From the sequence record PP886230: DNA of 64,000 nt. The stretch is one strand, 5' to 3'. This DNA comes from Escherichia phage vB_EcoM_E9.1. This document shows, one piece after another, positions 9,077-18,229 of this stretch. The translations under genes were made by a program, and so were the position numbers. The notes under the pieces were generated by a model, which saw only the letters and a program-made list of their open reading frames with translations, was not told where the DNA came from and made no database searches. Every line of letters starts with the position of its first letter. Positions within the stretch are counted from its first letter, which is position 1.

Positions 9077-9997
9077 ATGAAACCAAATGAAGAAAAATTT
9101 ATTAATACAGTGAATGAAAAGTACGGTACTGGTGTGTATTTGTTTGATAAAATGGTATATATTAATGCTCATAAACAGGTTGAACTTTATTGTGTAGAAG
9201 GTGGTCATTATTTCAAAATCACTCCTATGCAAATAGTCCGACCTTCTGCAAAAGGATGTAACATTTGTCAAAAAAACACAGCATACACGACTGAAACGTT
9301 TATTGAAAAAGTTAAAACCATCCATCCAACATTGTCATTTGAGAAAACTATCTACAAAAAACAAAGTGACAGTAATGGGCGAGTCATCGTTACGTGTCAT
9401 AATGATCCGAATGATGTGCATGATTGGATTGTATCTGCCAATACTTTGTTAAGAGGTAAATCAGGGTGTGGTGTTTGTTCTGGTAAAGGCGGGAGGACAT
9501 TGGAGCAATTTGTCAAAGAAGCAAAAAAAGTACATGGTGATGATTATGATTATTCTGAATCATGCTATACTGGTAGTGAAGAATATATGGATATGAAGTG
9601 TAATAATTGCAATGAAAAATTCAAACAACAGCCCAAAGCACACCTTTCAGGACGCGGGTGTCCTAACTGTGGTAAGTATGGATACCAACCATCAAAACCT
9701 GGATATTTCTATGTACAAAAACTAACTAACAATAACAAGACGGTGTACAAATATGGGATCACTGGTGATATGAAACGCCGTGTCAACGAACAAAGCCGCA
9801 ATTCTGAGTTCGAGCATGAAGTACTTATAGAACGCTACTTTGAAGATGGCAATCAACCATTACTGTTGGAAAAGTTCATAAAGAAATACATTGAAAGTGG
9901 TGTTGTAAGTACTGAAGAGTTACCGTCAGGATTTACTGAAACATTTGATGCTAAGTATCTTGAAAGTGTTTTAGAAATTGTAAATACTTTTAAGTAA
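9077..9997 (+). CDS. Homing-endonuclease-like protein: three Cys-rich zinc-ribbon repeats plus C-terminal T5orf172 / GIY-YIG-like domain
   Basis: Three repeats each ending in a CxxC pair (CNICQ, CGVCSG, CPNCG); C-terminus GYFYVQKLTNNNKTVYKYGITGDMKRRVNEQ resembles the T5orf172 signature. Confidence 0.6.
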   Translation: MKPNEEKFINTVNEKYGTGVYLFDKMVYINAHKQVELYCVEGGHYFKITPMQIVRPSAKGCNICQKNTAYTTETFIEKVKTIHPTLSFEKTIYKKQSDSNGRVIVTCHNDPNDVHDWIVSANTLLRGKSGCGVCSGKGGRTLEQFVKEAKKVHGDDYDYSESCYTGSEEYMDMKCNNCNEKFKQQPKAHLSGRGCPNCGKYGYQPSKPGYFYVQKLTNNNKTVYKYGITGDMKRRVNEQSRNSEFEHEVLIERYFEDGNQPLLLEKFIKKYIESGVVSTEELPSGFTETFDAKYLESVLEIVNTFK

Positions 9998-10020
9998 ACA
10001 ATCTAAAGGAGTTGACACGG

Positions 10021-10371
10021 ATGTTAACTGTATACAAATTTAACAAAGAAGAGTACTTAAAGAGTCAGTACTCAAATATAGAAATAAATGTTCCTTATGG
10101 TACGTTAGTTGGATATGATGAAGCCACTGAAACATTGTATTATAATGATGATAGATTGGATTATAGTTTAGATTCTTTCATAGAAGATATACTTAATACA
10201 CATACTGAAGATATGTTGTATGAAGAATACATAGATCATTATAGAGAACGTATGTCGGTGCTGCATTCTGATGCTCCTGTACTAAACATAGCACAAGAAC
10301 CATCGGAATTTCAGCCACATAATCCTTTTCAACGTTTAATTGATATTGGTTTAAAATTCACTATTAGTTGA
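10021..10371 (+). CDS. Hypothetical acidic protein
   Basis: ORF with AAGGAG RBS 9 nt upstream of ATG 10021 (track start 10012 is a TTG); Asp/Glu/Tyr-rich. Confidence 0.6.
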   Translation: MLTVYKFNKEEYLKSQYSNIEINVPYGTLVGYDEATETLYYNDDRLDYSLDSFIEDILNTHTEDMLYEEYIDHYRERMSVLHSDAPVLNIAQEPSEFQPHNPFQRLIDIGLKFTIS

Positions 10372-10410
10372 TAGATAAATATCTCCATATTAATGATGGA
10401 GATTGAATCT

Positions 10411-10719
10411 ATGTCACAGATATGTTATGTTATAATAAACTCTGCATGGCCTGACTATGTTAAGATTGGTTTCACTTCTAAATCTGAAATGACAGAGCGT
10501 TTGAGAACGTATCAGACAGCTACCCCGTTTCGTGATTTTGAAGTTTATCATGAAGTTCACTTTGAAGACGCACGTTTAGCTGAAAAAGAGATACATAAAA
10601 GGCTTAAACAAATGAATGCAACTAGACAACCAAACACAGAGTGGTTTAAAATGTCTAAAAAGATAGCAGCAAACATCATTGATTCTGTGTGGGATGATAT
10701 GGATAACGACTTGCTATAG
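10411..10719 (+). CDS. Stand-alone T5orf172 (GIY-YIG-like) domain protein
   Basis: CYVIINSAWPDYVKIGFTSKSEMTERLRTYQTATP...EWFKM matches the T5orf172 pattern (YVL...KIGxT...R...EWF). GGAG RBS before ATG 10411; track start 10393 is an alternative. Confidence 0.65.
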   Translation: MSQICYVIINSAWPDYVKIGFTSKSEMTERLRTYQTATPFRDFEVYHEVHFEDARLAEKEIHKRLKQMNATRQPNTEWFKMSKKIAANIIDSVWDDMDNDLL

Positions 10720-10759
10720 GAATAAATATAGTATATATTAATCATAAAGGGATTTATAC

Positions 10760-12370
10760 ATGAGCATAAGTTTTAATAACCCATTGGATACAATGACCAG
10801 TACTGGTGCTAATGGATCTTTAGAACTAATAGTGCTTGGTGGTACACCAACTAACCCAAGACCTATTCGTTTTAATTCGTCATCAGTTATTATACCAGTA
10901 CAAACGTTACCTACTGGTGAACAAGGTGCAATGGTTTTTGATCGAAACGAATTAGTTTTGAAGTATCATAACGGTACAAGTTGGATTGCAGTATATGATA
11001 CTGATACTATTTTGGAACCAATTAGAATTTCATTAGATGAAGTAAACAGAAAATTAAATTTAAAAGTAGAAAGTGTAACATACAGTAGTAGTACTGTTCC
11101 TAGTGCAAGTATTAGTGGAACAAACTTAAACATTGTATTCCCTACTGCTTCTAGTGGTGGTTCTGGTCCAACTGGTCTTTACACTTCACTTAAACCTGGT
11201 GCTATTACACAATATTCATTGACTTCTGGTCAATCTGTTGCTAGTATACGTGAACAAATGTCAGGGCAATCGAATGGACAAAGTGGACGAAACGGTTCAC
11301 AAGGTGCTCCGTGGAAAACGTCTGACGGTTGGTGTTTTGCTGATGGTATGTGGTGGCAATGGGAGGGGGAAAATGGTACAATTACCAAACAAGTACCAAA
11401 CCTTAACCAAAACGCGTATTTAAAAGGTATAACAACATCAGGTGTAACTAAAACTGATAGTGTTATTGGTAGTAGTGGTAACATTAGTGGAACTGTATTG
11501 AGTGTTGCCCAGTTACCATCACACTCATTTAGTTTTAGTGGAACCACTGGTGCTGCTGGTCGTCATGGTCATAGTCAAGCACTAAAAGGTATGGACCGTA
11601 GTGGTCTAAATGCGTTAACTTCAAGTAATGATAACGGTATACCAACTGTAATCAATAACATTAACGAAGCACCAGACCACATTCACTCATTTAGTGGAAA
11701 CACTAACACACTTGGTGGAAACCAACCACACTATCATGGTATTAGCAACATTGATGTGGAACACTTTAACGTTGCATACCTATATAACATTGCTGAATCT
11801 AACGTCGCATTGAGTGAAAAAGTTGCAAACACTCGTTATGTACTAAAAACTGGTGATACAATGACTGGTTCATTGACTATTGCAAACAGTGCGTCAATTA
11901 AGTCAAATGATACATCATTAGTTCTATATTTCCGTAACGCAAGCGGTGGTGAGCGTGCGGCAGTGTATCATAACTCTTCAAATAATACATTGAGATTACG
12001 TTCCGGTGGAGCAGAAGTTACTGTAAACTCTTCTGGTACTTTAGCTGCTCCATCATTAACTGTTTCTAACAACTCAGCTACTGTTGGTGGTAAAAATATT
12101 GTTCGTTCAATTAACGGTACTGCTGCTGATGCTAGTGGCAACGTTACTTTGCAAATTAGTACTAATAACGTACAAAGTATTCGTTTGAGTGCACGTATTG
12201 AAACAAGTAAAATACCTGATTCTTCATGGACATATACACCAGAAGGTGCATTTATGGATGGCGTATGGATTTCTGTTAATGGTAGTTCAGGCACTCACTT
12301 AGAACGAATTAGTTATCGCTATGTTCAAATGCAAATAAATGGTAACTGGGAAACAGTACGTCAACAATAA
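10760..12370 (+). CDS. Tail fibre protein with phage tail-collar type His motifs
   Basis: Gly/Ser/Thr/Asn-rich 536 aa with SHSFSFSGTTGAAGRHGHSQ and HIHSFSGNTNTLGGNQPHYHG, reminiscent of T4 gp12/gp37-type fibre motifs. Confidence 0.8.
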   Translation: MSISFNNPLDTMTSTGANGSLELIVLGGTPTNPRPIRFNSSSVIIPVQTLPTGEQGAMVFDRNELVLKYHNGTSWIAVYDTDTILEPIRISLDEVNRKLNLKVESVTYSSSTVPSASISGTNLNIVFPTASSGGSGPTGLYTSLKPGAITQYSLTSGQSVASIREQMSGQSNGQSGRNGSQGAPWKTSDGWCFADGMWWQWEGENGTITKQVPNLNQNAYLKGITTSGVTKTDSVIGSSGNISGTVLSVAQLPSHSFSFSGTTGAAGRHGHSQALKGMDRSGLNALTSSNDNGIPTVINNINEAPDHIHSFSGNTNTLGGNQPHYHGISNIDVEHFNVAYLYNIAESNVALSEKVANTRYVLKTGDTMTGSLTIANSASIKSNDTSLVLYFRNASGGERAAVYHNSSNNTLRLRSGGAEVTVNSSGTLAAPSLTVSNNSATVGGKNIVRSINGTAADASGNVTLQISTNNVQSIRLSARIETSKIPDSSWTYTPEGAFMDGVWISVNGSSGTHLERISYRYVQMQINGNWETVRQQ

Positions 12371-12380
12371 GGAATGTGTA

Positions 12381-12896
12381 ATGCAACTAACAAATTTTAA
12401 GATGTATGAAAAAGAAGGTGGTAATCCTAATTCTTTGTATATGATGTCCGATGAAGGTATGGATTGGTATGAATCTCGTGAATTGTTTGACATTAATAAA
12501 GCAAAATTTATGTATGATATTAACGGTTTAATTGTTTCAGCATCATATAACATTTATGATCTAGTACCTTTAGGTTTTAGTGTTTCTGAAATTGAATATG
12601 ATGGTGATATTAACAAACTTTATGGTATGGTTTACGATGGAAATACTATTCATGACTATATTGAAACTAAAGAAGAAAAAATTGAACGCCTAAAAAATGA
12701 ATTATCTAATTTGAAATACATTGCAATTCAAGAACTTGGACACTTAAAAACGGCTATGGATCTTGAGTTAGCAACTGATGAAGAAGCTGTATTGTTTGTG
12801 AAATTGAAAGATTATGTAACGCAATTGAATTCAATCAAACCAGCAGACATGATCAAGAAAACATTTTCATTTCCAGTTAAACCGGAAAAAAAATGA
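12381..12896 (+). CDS. Tail fibre assembly chaperone (Tfa/gp38-like by position)
   Basis: 171-aa ORF immediately downstream of the fibre gene; AAGGA RBS before ATG 12381 (track start 12339 overlaps the fibre gene). Confidence 0.55.
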   Translation: MQLTNFKMYEKEGGNPNSLYMMSDEGMDWYESRELFDINKAKFMYDINGLIVSASYNIYDLVPLGFSVSEIEYDGDINKLYGMVYDGNTIHDYIETKEEKIERLKNELSNLKYIAIQELGHLKTAMDLELATDEEAVLFVKLKDYVTQLNSIKPADMIKKTFSFPVKPEKK

Positions 12897-12926
12897 GACA
12901 ACACGTAAAGACGTGATACAATTAAG

Positions 12927-12961
12927 TCATCTCACCGATTGTGGTGAGGTGACATTTTTTT
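12927..12961 (+). terminator. Rho-independent terminator
   Basis: 10-bp stem tcatctcacc / ggtgaggtga (one G-U) with 6-nt loop, followed by ttttttt. Confidence 0.75.
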
Positions 12962-12986
12962 GAAAACACACATGGAGAAATACAAA

Positions 12987-13289
12987 ATGGCTAAATCTAA
13001 AAAAGAAGTTAAAGTTGAAATTCGTGATCTAAACGATGAACAACGTAAACGTCTCGGTGACGCACTTAACAACATTGTTGTACAACTAACTTTCATTGAT
13101 GATACCAAAGCATCCTTATCTGATTTTGTTTCTAGTGTTTCTGATGAACTTGGTATCGATGCATCTGATATCAAACAAGCTGCACAACGTATGTACAAAG
13201 GTGATTACTTTGACAAACAAAATAAACTCGATAATATCGAAACTATTCTTAGTGTTACTAATAATCTTCCACAAGCAGATGATTACTAA
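12987..13289 (+). CDS. Hypothetical protein
   Basis: ORF with GGAG RBS 9 nt upstream of ATG 12987; track start 12960 is a TTG. Confidence 0.6.
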   Translation: MAKSKKEVKVEIRDLNDEQRKRLGDALNNIVVQLTFIDDTKASLSDFVSSVSDELGIDASDIKQAAQRMYKGDYFDKQNKLDNIETILSVTNNLPQADDY

Positions 13290-13311
13290 TTAGTACTAAA
13301 ATATATTAAAT

Positions 13312-13339
13312 AGCCTCCAATGACGGAGGCTTTCTTTTT
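13312..13339 (+). terminator. Rho-independent terminator
   Basis: agcctcc-aatgac-ggaggct hairpin followed by ttcttttt. Confidence 0.8.
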
Positions 13340-13368
13340 AACTTAATAAACGTAAGGGAATACAAACG

Positions 13369-16300
13369 ATGTATATCGATGCTTATATGGAACGTAAACG
13401 TACTGGTGATATTCTTCATGTAGTTGAACGTAAGAATGGTAAACGTATTCTACGCGAATTAGATCCAGTATATGAATATTATGTTGAATCCCCACAAGGA
13501 ACACATAAAACTGTTTATGGTACAATGGCTAAACATTTTGAGTTTCAAACTCAAGCTCAAATGAATAAAAGTGTAGAGCAACACAAAAGTGAAGGTCTAC
13601 GTATTTTTGAAAGTGATTGTAACATTACATTTAAAACATTAGCTAAAGAATATATGGGAAAAGGTTCACCCGATTTGAACATCGTGTTCTTCGATATCGA
13701 GACTGATTTCCATAAGAAATTTGGTTATGCTCCACCATCAGACCCGTTTAACCGAGTAACCGCTATTTCTCTATATCAATCATGGACTGGAAAGGATTAT
13801 GTACTTACTTTACCACCTGCTGATATGGAAATTTATGAAGCACAAGATATTGTTCGCCAACTAAATGAAGAAACAAACGATCCTAACAGTACTGTAATTT
13901 TATATACAGACGAAAAGGAAATGTTTATGGAATTCTTTAGTTTAATTGATGATTCTGATGTTATTTCAGGATGGAATAGTGAATTCTTTGATATTCCATA
14001 TATGATCAATCGAACTAAAAAAATCTTCAATGAAGCAACAACTGCTCGTTGGTGTTTATGGAATAAAAAACCAAATTCACGTGAAGCAGACAACTTTGGT
14101 AAAACTGTTCAAACATATGATCTGGTAGGTCGCGTCCATCTTGATTATTTGGCTTTGTATAAGAAACATGCTGGTCAAGTTGAACAATCTTATAAACTAG
14201 ATTATATTGCTGAAAAAGTAACTAAAGAAAATAAAGTATCCTATGAAGGTTCATTGGATAAACTTTACAGAGAGGATTACATTACTTTCTTGCGTTATTC
14301 TAAACAGGATAGTATTCTTCTTAAAAAGATTGATGCTAAATGTGACTATATCAACCTACACAATCGACTTGCACACAAAGAATGTGTACTTATCAGTACA
14401 ACAATGGGTTCAGTAGCACTAATCGACACTGCTATTATCAACTTAGCACATACTCGTGGTGAAGTTGTTTTCAACAAAGCACCGAAAGATGATCTTGAGT
14501 TTGATCCAGAAATGGAATATTATGGTGAAGATGGTGAAGAAGAAGATGAGAAAATTAGTGCAAAAGCAGCAGGTGCATGGGTACAAGATCCAGTACTAGG
14601 ACTTGTAAGTGACCTTGGGTGTACTGACTTTAACTCTCTTTACCCTACTGTTCTACGTACTTTGGGTATGAGTACTGAATGTATTCTTGGTCAATTACGT
14701 CAAGATTACACCGATGCGTATCTTGCAGCTAAAATCCAAGAACAGAAGAACAAATCTAAATCTAAATCATTTGAACCAGATTGGACTGCGGCATGGCATG
14801 GTTTATTTGCTGCTGTTGAATTTACAATGGTTCATGAAAAGTCAGAAGAAACATTGATTGTTGATTTAGAAGATGGGAGTTCTTTTAAAGCAACGGGCAA
14901 AGAGCTATATGATATTATTTTTGCAGAAGATAGTACTATTGTACTTAGTGCAAACGGAACACTTTTTGATAAGTCTAAGTCTGGTGTAATTCCTGACATT
15001 CTAACTCAATGGTATTCTGAACGTAAAGCACAGCAAAAAATGGTCATTGACTACAAACATATGTATACTGATGGTTGGGAGTTTAATGGCTATGAAAAAG
15101 TCGAACCACTACTATCAAACTATACCCCTGGTACAATGTTTAGAACTAATATTCATGATAATGATCCTGTATACTTACTTCGTAAAGAAATTGGTAAAGG
15201 ACAGTGGGATGAAGTTGCTAAGTTGATTGTAGAAAACGGATTAGTACTAAAAGATGGTCGTATTTTCTGTCCTAAAGAAGAAAAAGATTACTTCAAACAA
15301 CGTAGTGCTTTCTGGAAACAGAACCAACAGATTCGTAAGATTCTTCTAAACAGTCTATATGGTGCACTATTGAACAAAGGTTCTCGTTTTTTTGACAAAC
15401 GTTTAGGTCAATCCGTAACATTAACTGGACGTTCTATGACCAAACATATGGCAAGTCGTATCAATGAAATTACTACTGGTGTATATAACCACCAAGGTGG
15501 TTCAGTAATTTATGGTGATACTGACTCAGTTTACTTTAGTGTAACTCATTATCTGAAAGAACAAGGTATTCCATATAATCTATCTAAAGAAGAGATTGTT
15601 GATATGTATATTAAAATTGGTGAAGAAGTTGGTGAATCTTTCCCATCATTTATGCATGAGATGTTCAACACTGGTATTGAAAAAGGTAAGATTGTTGGTG
15701 CAGACCTTGAGATGGTTGGTTCGCGTGGCCTATTCTTGAAGAAAAAACGTTATGCAATTCTGAAGTACTGGGAAGATGGGTTCCGTAAAGATATTGATGG
15801 TAAACCAGGTGAAATCAAAGCGATGGGTCTTGAAATTAAACGCTCAGACACGCCAAAATACATCCAGAACTTCCTAGAAGAGACTCTAATCGCATTACTG
15901 GTAGGTGAGAGTGAACAACAGCTAAAACAGCGTGTACGTGAGTTTAAGGACGTATTTAAGGATATGCCTGTACATGAAAAAGGTTCACCAAAAACTGTAA
16001 AAAACTACACTAATTTAGAGGCTGAATATCAGCTAACTGGTAAGTGTAAAGTTGGTCACGTTCTTGCTGGTATCCAATGGAACCGTCTACGTGAAGTTTA
16101 TGATGATAAATCTGTTCCAGAAGTAACAGATGGAACAAAAGTAATTGTCTGTAACTTAAAAGATAATCCTATGGGAATTAAAGCAGTTGGTTATCCAATT
16201 GACTGTGTTGAGTATCTTCCAGAATGGTTCTTGGAACTACCATTTGATACTGAAAAAATGGAAGAGATTGTTCTAACTAAAAAATTAGAGAATATTTTTG

Positions 16301-16374
16301 GTATTTTGGATATGGATATTGGTATTCATGAAAAAAGTACTGCGTCAGTAAACAATGGATTCTTCACTTGGTAA
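13369..16374 (+). CDS. gp43: DNA polymerase, family B (T4 gp43-like)
   Basis: 1001 aa; Pol C motif VIYGDTDSVYFSV, Pol A-like LYPTVLRTLG and Pol B-like KILLNSLYGAL; N-terminal exonuclease-like FFDIETD. Confidence 0.95.
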   Translation: MYIDAYMERKRTGDILHVVERKNGKRILRELDPVYEYYVESPQGTHKTVYGTMAKHFEFQTQAQMNKSVEQHKSEGLRIFESDCNITFKTLAKEYMGKGSPDLNIVFFDIETDFHKKFGYAPPSDPFNRVTAISLYQSWTGKDYVLTLPPADMEIYEAQDIVRQLNEETNDPNSTVILYTDEKEMFMEFFSLIDDSDVISGWNSEFFDIPYMINRTKKIFNEATTARWCLWNKKPNSREADNFGKTVQTYDLVGRVHLDYLALYKKHAGQVEQSYKLDYIAEKVTKENKVSYEGSLDKLYREDYITFLRYSKQDSILLKKIDAKCDYINLHNRLAHKECVLISTTMGSVALIDTAIINLAHTRGEVVFNKAPKDDLEFDPEMEYYGEDGEEEDEKISAKAAGAWVQDPVLGLVSDLGCTDFNSLYPTVLRTLGMSTECILGQLRQDYTDAYLAAKIQEQKNKSKSKSFEPDWTAAWHGLFAAVEFTMVHEKSEETLIVDLEDGSSFKATGKELYDIIFAEDSTIVLSANGTLFDKSKSGVIPDILTQWYSERKAQQKMVIDYKHMYTDGWEFNGYEKVEPLLSNYTPGTMFRTNIHDNDPVYLLRKEIGKGQWDEVAKLIVENGLVLKDGRIFCPKEEKDYFKQRSAFWKQNQQIRKILLNSLYGALLNKGSRFFDKRLGQSVTLTGRSMTKHMASRINEITTGVYNHQGGSVIYGDTDSVYFSVTHYLKEQGIPYNLSKEEIVDMYIKIGEEVGESFPSFMHEMFNTGIEKGKIVGADLEMVGSRGLFLKKKRYAILKYWEDGFRKDIDGKPGEIKAMGLEIKRSDTPKYIQNFLEETLIALLVGESEQQLKQRVREFKDVFKDMPVHEKGSPKTVKNYTNLEAEYQLTGKCKVGHVLAGIQWNRLREVYDDKSVPEVTDGTKVIVCNLKDNPMGIKAVGYPIDCVEYLPEWFLELPFDTEKMEEIVLTKKLENIFGILDMDIGIHEKSTASVNNGFFTW

Positions 16375-16385
16375 GGAGTAATAAT

Positions 16386-16535
16386 ATGGTTATTGTAAAT
16401 GAAATTGAACTAAACTATGACGAAGTAAACGATACTTTCACTAATGAGATGTTGAATCTTACTGAAGAAAGTGTAAATGAGGCATGGGAAAAATATGTAG
16501 AATGGACTTCATTACAAGGTAAAAATGATGAGTAA
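16386..16535 (+). CDS. Small hypothetical protein (49 aa), not in supplied ORF track
   Basis: ATG 16386 preceded by AAGGAG (16373-16378); acidic; overlaps start of next gene by 11 nt. Confidence 0.5.
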   Translation: MVIVNEIELNYDEVNDTFTNEMLNLTEESVNEAWEKYVEWTSLQGKNDE

Positions 16536-16824
16536 TATATATAAGCGTATTGGTGAAGTATTAGAAGGTAATGGTATCATTAATTCTGTACTAGCATATG
16601 ATAATGATGAAGAAGTAGTTCTAATTGGTGCGGGTTTTACTCGCACTGGTTCAGTGGAAGTTGACGGAGAGATTGCTGATGTTTACACTCTTGTGAAAAA
16701 GCGTAAAGTTGTTTTTGTCGATGATGTACATACATTAAAAGACTTGAAAAAATTACGAGATAAAATTGGCATGAGTTCTACAATTGATAAGCCTTATCTT
16801 CAACGTTGGAATACAAAATACTGA
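16525..16824 (+). CDS. Hypothetical protein
   Basis: 99-aa ORF in the gene array between polymerase and clamp genes. Confidence 0.6.
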   Translation: MMSNIYKRIGEVLEGNGIINSVLAYDNDEEVVLIGAGFTRTGSVEVDGEIADVYTLVKKRKVVFVDDVHTLKDLKKLRDKIGMSSTIDKPYLQRWNTKY

Positions 16825-16833
16825 TAAAAAATT

Positions 16834-16861
16834 GAGACAAGCATCATTTTTGAGATATAAT
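16834..16861 (+). promoter_or_regulatory. Sigma70-like promoter GAGACA-N16-TATAAT
   Basis: gagaca 16834-16839, 16-nt spacer, tataat 16856-16861; upstream of the clamp gene. Confidence 0.6.
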
Positions 16862-16925
16862 GGTGCTTGTAGTAATCTTACATAAAAACATTTTTTGATT
16901 AACAAATAAAACGGAGAATTATATA

Positions 16926-17657
16926 ATGGATCTACGCAACGTACTACGTGACCTCGTAAACACAACCAGTGGTATTGACTTCTCTTGTATTGCAGTAAGC
17001 AGTGAAGACCGTGGTGAAGGACAACGTGTATATCTAGAAGCGTACACAGATGACCGAACTCTTGTAATGCGAGCATATACTAAAGAAGATGTTCCTGAAG
17101 TTCAGGGTCGTTTTGGCTTAGGTAATCTAGGTCTTCTTCAGGGTCTAATGTCTCTAAAAACATACAGTACCGAAGGAACCACAATCACATCAAATGTTAA
17201 AGATGGTTCAGTTAAAAGTCTGGCATTTAAATCTGAAGATGCAAGCACTACATTTATGGTACAAGCTGAAAAACTTATTCCAGTTCAACCACGTTTTCAT
17301 GAACAACCATATGACGTACAGGTTATTCCTAGTGCAGCAAAAGTTCAGGAACTAAAGAGTTTTTCTGGTGTATTTAAATCTTTTAGTTCTCTTGTAACTC
17401 CGTATACTGAAGGCGACACCCTATACTTTCACGTTGGTGAGAAAAACAAAAGTAACCACGTTGGTTCTCTAGCTTTTTCTAAAACTGAAGGTGAATTAGG
17501 TCTTGGTTTTGGTTATAATATTGATCGCGTACTTCAAGCATTATCTCGCGTATCTAATGCCGAATCAGTATCACTTGGTATTACTAAAACTGGTATGCTA
17601 AATGTAACACTAGATACTGGAATTGCAGTATACAAATTTTACGTAACAGGCTGCTAA
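16926..17657 (+). CDS. gp45: Sliding clamp (T4 gp45-like)
   Basis: 243 aa; N-terminus MDLRNVLRDLVNTTSGIDFSCIAVSS resembles T4 gp45 N-terminus (MKLSKDTTALLKNFATINSGIMLKSG); size and placement fit. Confidence 0.7.
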   Translation: MDLRNVLRDLVNTTSGIDFSCIAVSSEDRGEGQRVYLEAYTDDRTLVMRAYTKEDVPEVQGRFGLGNLGLLQGLMSLKTYSTEGTTITSNVKDGSVKSLAFKSEDASTTFMVQAEKLIPVQPRFHEQPYDVQVIPSAAKVQELKSFSGVFKSFSSLVTPYTEGDTLYFHVGEKNKSNHVGSLAFSKTEGELGLGFGYNIDRVLQALSRVSNAESVSLGITKTGMLNVTLDTGIAVYKFYVTGC

Positions 17658-17686
17658 TATAAATAACGGGGAACACTATGTTCCCC
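17658..17686 (+). promoter_or_regulatory. TATAAATA late-promoter box followed by hairpin ggggaaca-cta-tgttcccc
   Basis: TATAAATA at 17658-17665 directly after the clamp stop codon; 8-bp stem 17668-17675 / 17679-17686 matches the topoisomerase terminator stem at 60489-60507. Confidence 0.5.
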
Positions 17687-17721
17687 AAATTAGTTTGATT
17701 TAAAAAGTAAAGGAATACAAA

Positions 17722-17928
17722 ATGCCATTATATACATATCGTTGTGAAAAAGAAGAATGCAAACATAGCATGGAAAAAATTGTTAAAATTGCAAATCGTG
17801 ATGAACCTCATGATTGTCCTAAATGTAATGGTGAAAAAACTATGAAGTTGGAAGTGTTCACTCCAGGTGATAAGGGTGCTAATCTTTATTTCCGTGGAAA
17901 ATGGTTTGCAAATACTGGAGGTTACTGA
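17722..17928 (+). CDS. FmdB-family zinc-ribbon protein
   Basis: MPLYTYRCEKEECKH...HDCPKCNG: YxYxC...C / C-P-x-C arrangement typical of FmdB-type zinc ribbons. Confidence 0.7.
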   Translation: MPLYTYRCEKEECKHSMEKIVKIANRDEPHDCPKCNGEKTMKLEVFTPGDKGANLYFRGKWFANTGGY

Positions 17929-17929
17929 T

Positions 17930-18229
17930 ATGAAAATTAAAATGATTAATGATTACGTTCTTGTTCGACAAATTGAAGCACAGAATAAAAGTACTGGTGG
18001 TATTATTCTAGGTAATGTTGAACCACCATGTATTGGGATGGTAATTTCCGTTGGTCCAGGTAAAATTCTTCCGAACGGACAACTTGCAGAACATAATATT
18101 AAAGAAGGTGATATGGTTGTGTTTGGTCGTTCATCTTTGAACACACCACTGACTGAAGATCTTGGTGGCGGTGAAGATACATATTATGTAATGAAAATCG
18201 AAGAGATTTTTGGTAAGAAAAATGGCTAA
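17930..18229 (+). CDS. GroES-like co-chaperonin (functional analogue of T4 gp31)
   Basis: MKIKMINDYVLVRQIEAQNKSTGGIILGNVEPP...GMVISVGPGKILPNG aligns with bacterial GroES ([27 protein letters not shown]...GEVVAVGPGRILENG). Start set at ATG 17930; the track extension from 17867 overlaps the upstream gene. Confidence 0.85.
   Translation: MKIKMINDYVLVRQIEAQNKSTGGIILGNVEPPCIGMVISVGPGKILPNGQLAEHNIKEGDMVVFGRSSLNTPLTEDLGGGEDTYYVMKIEEIFGKKNG

Noticed and set aside
17867-17929. N-terminal extension of the GroES-like ORF overlapping the zinc-ribbon gene
   Set aside because: The extension (MIRVLIFISVENGLQILEVTD) is not GroES-like and overlaps the upstream gene; the ATG at 17930 directly follows that gene's stop and begins the conserved GroES N-terminus.
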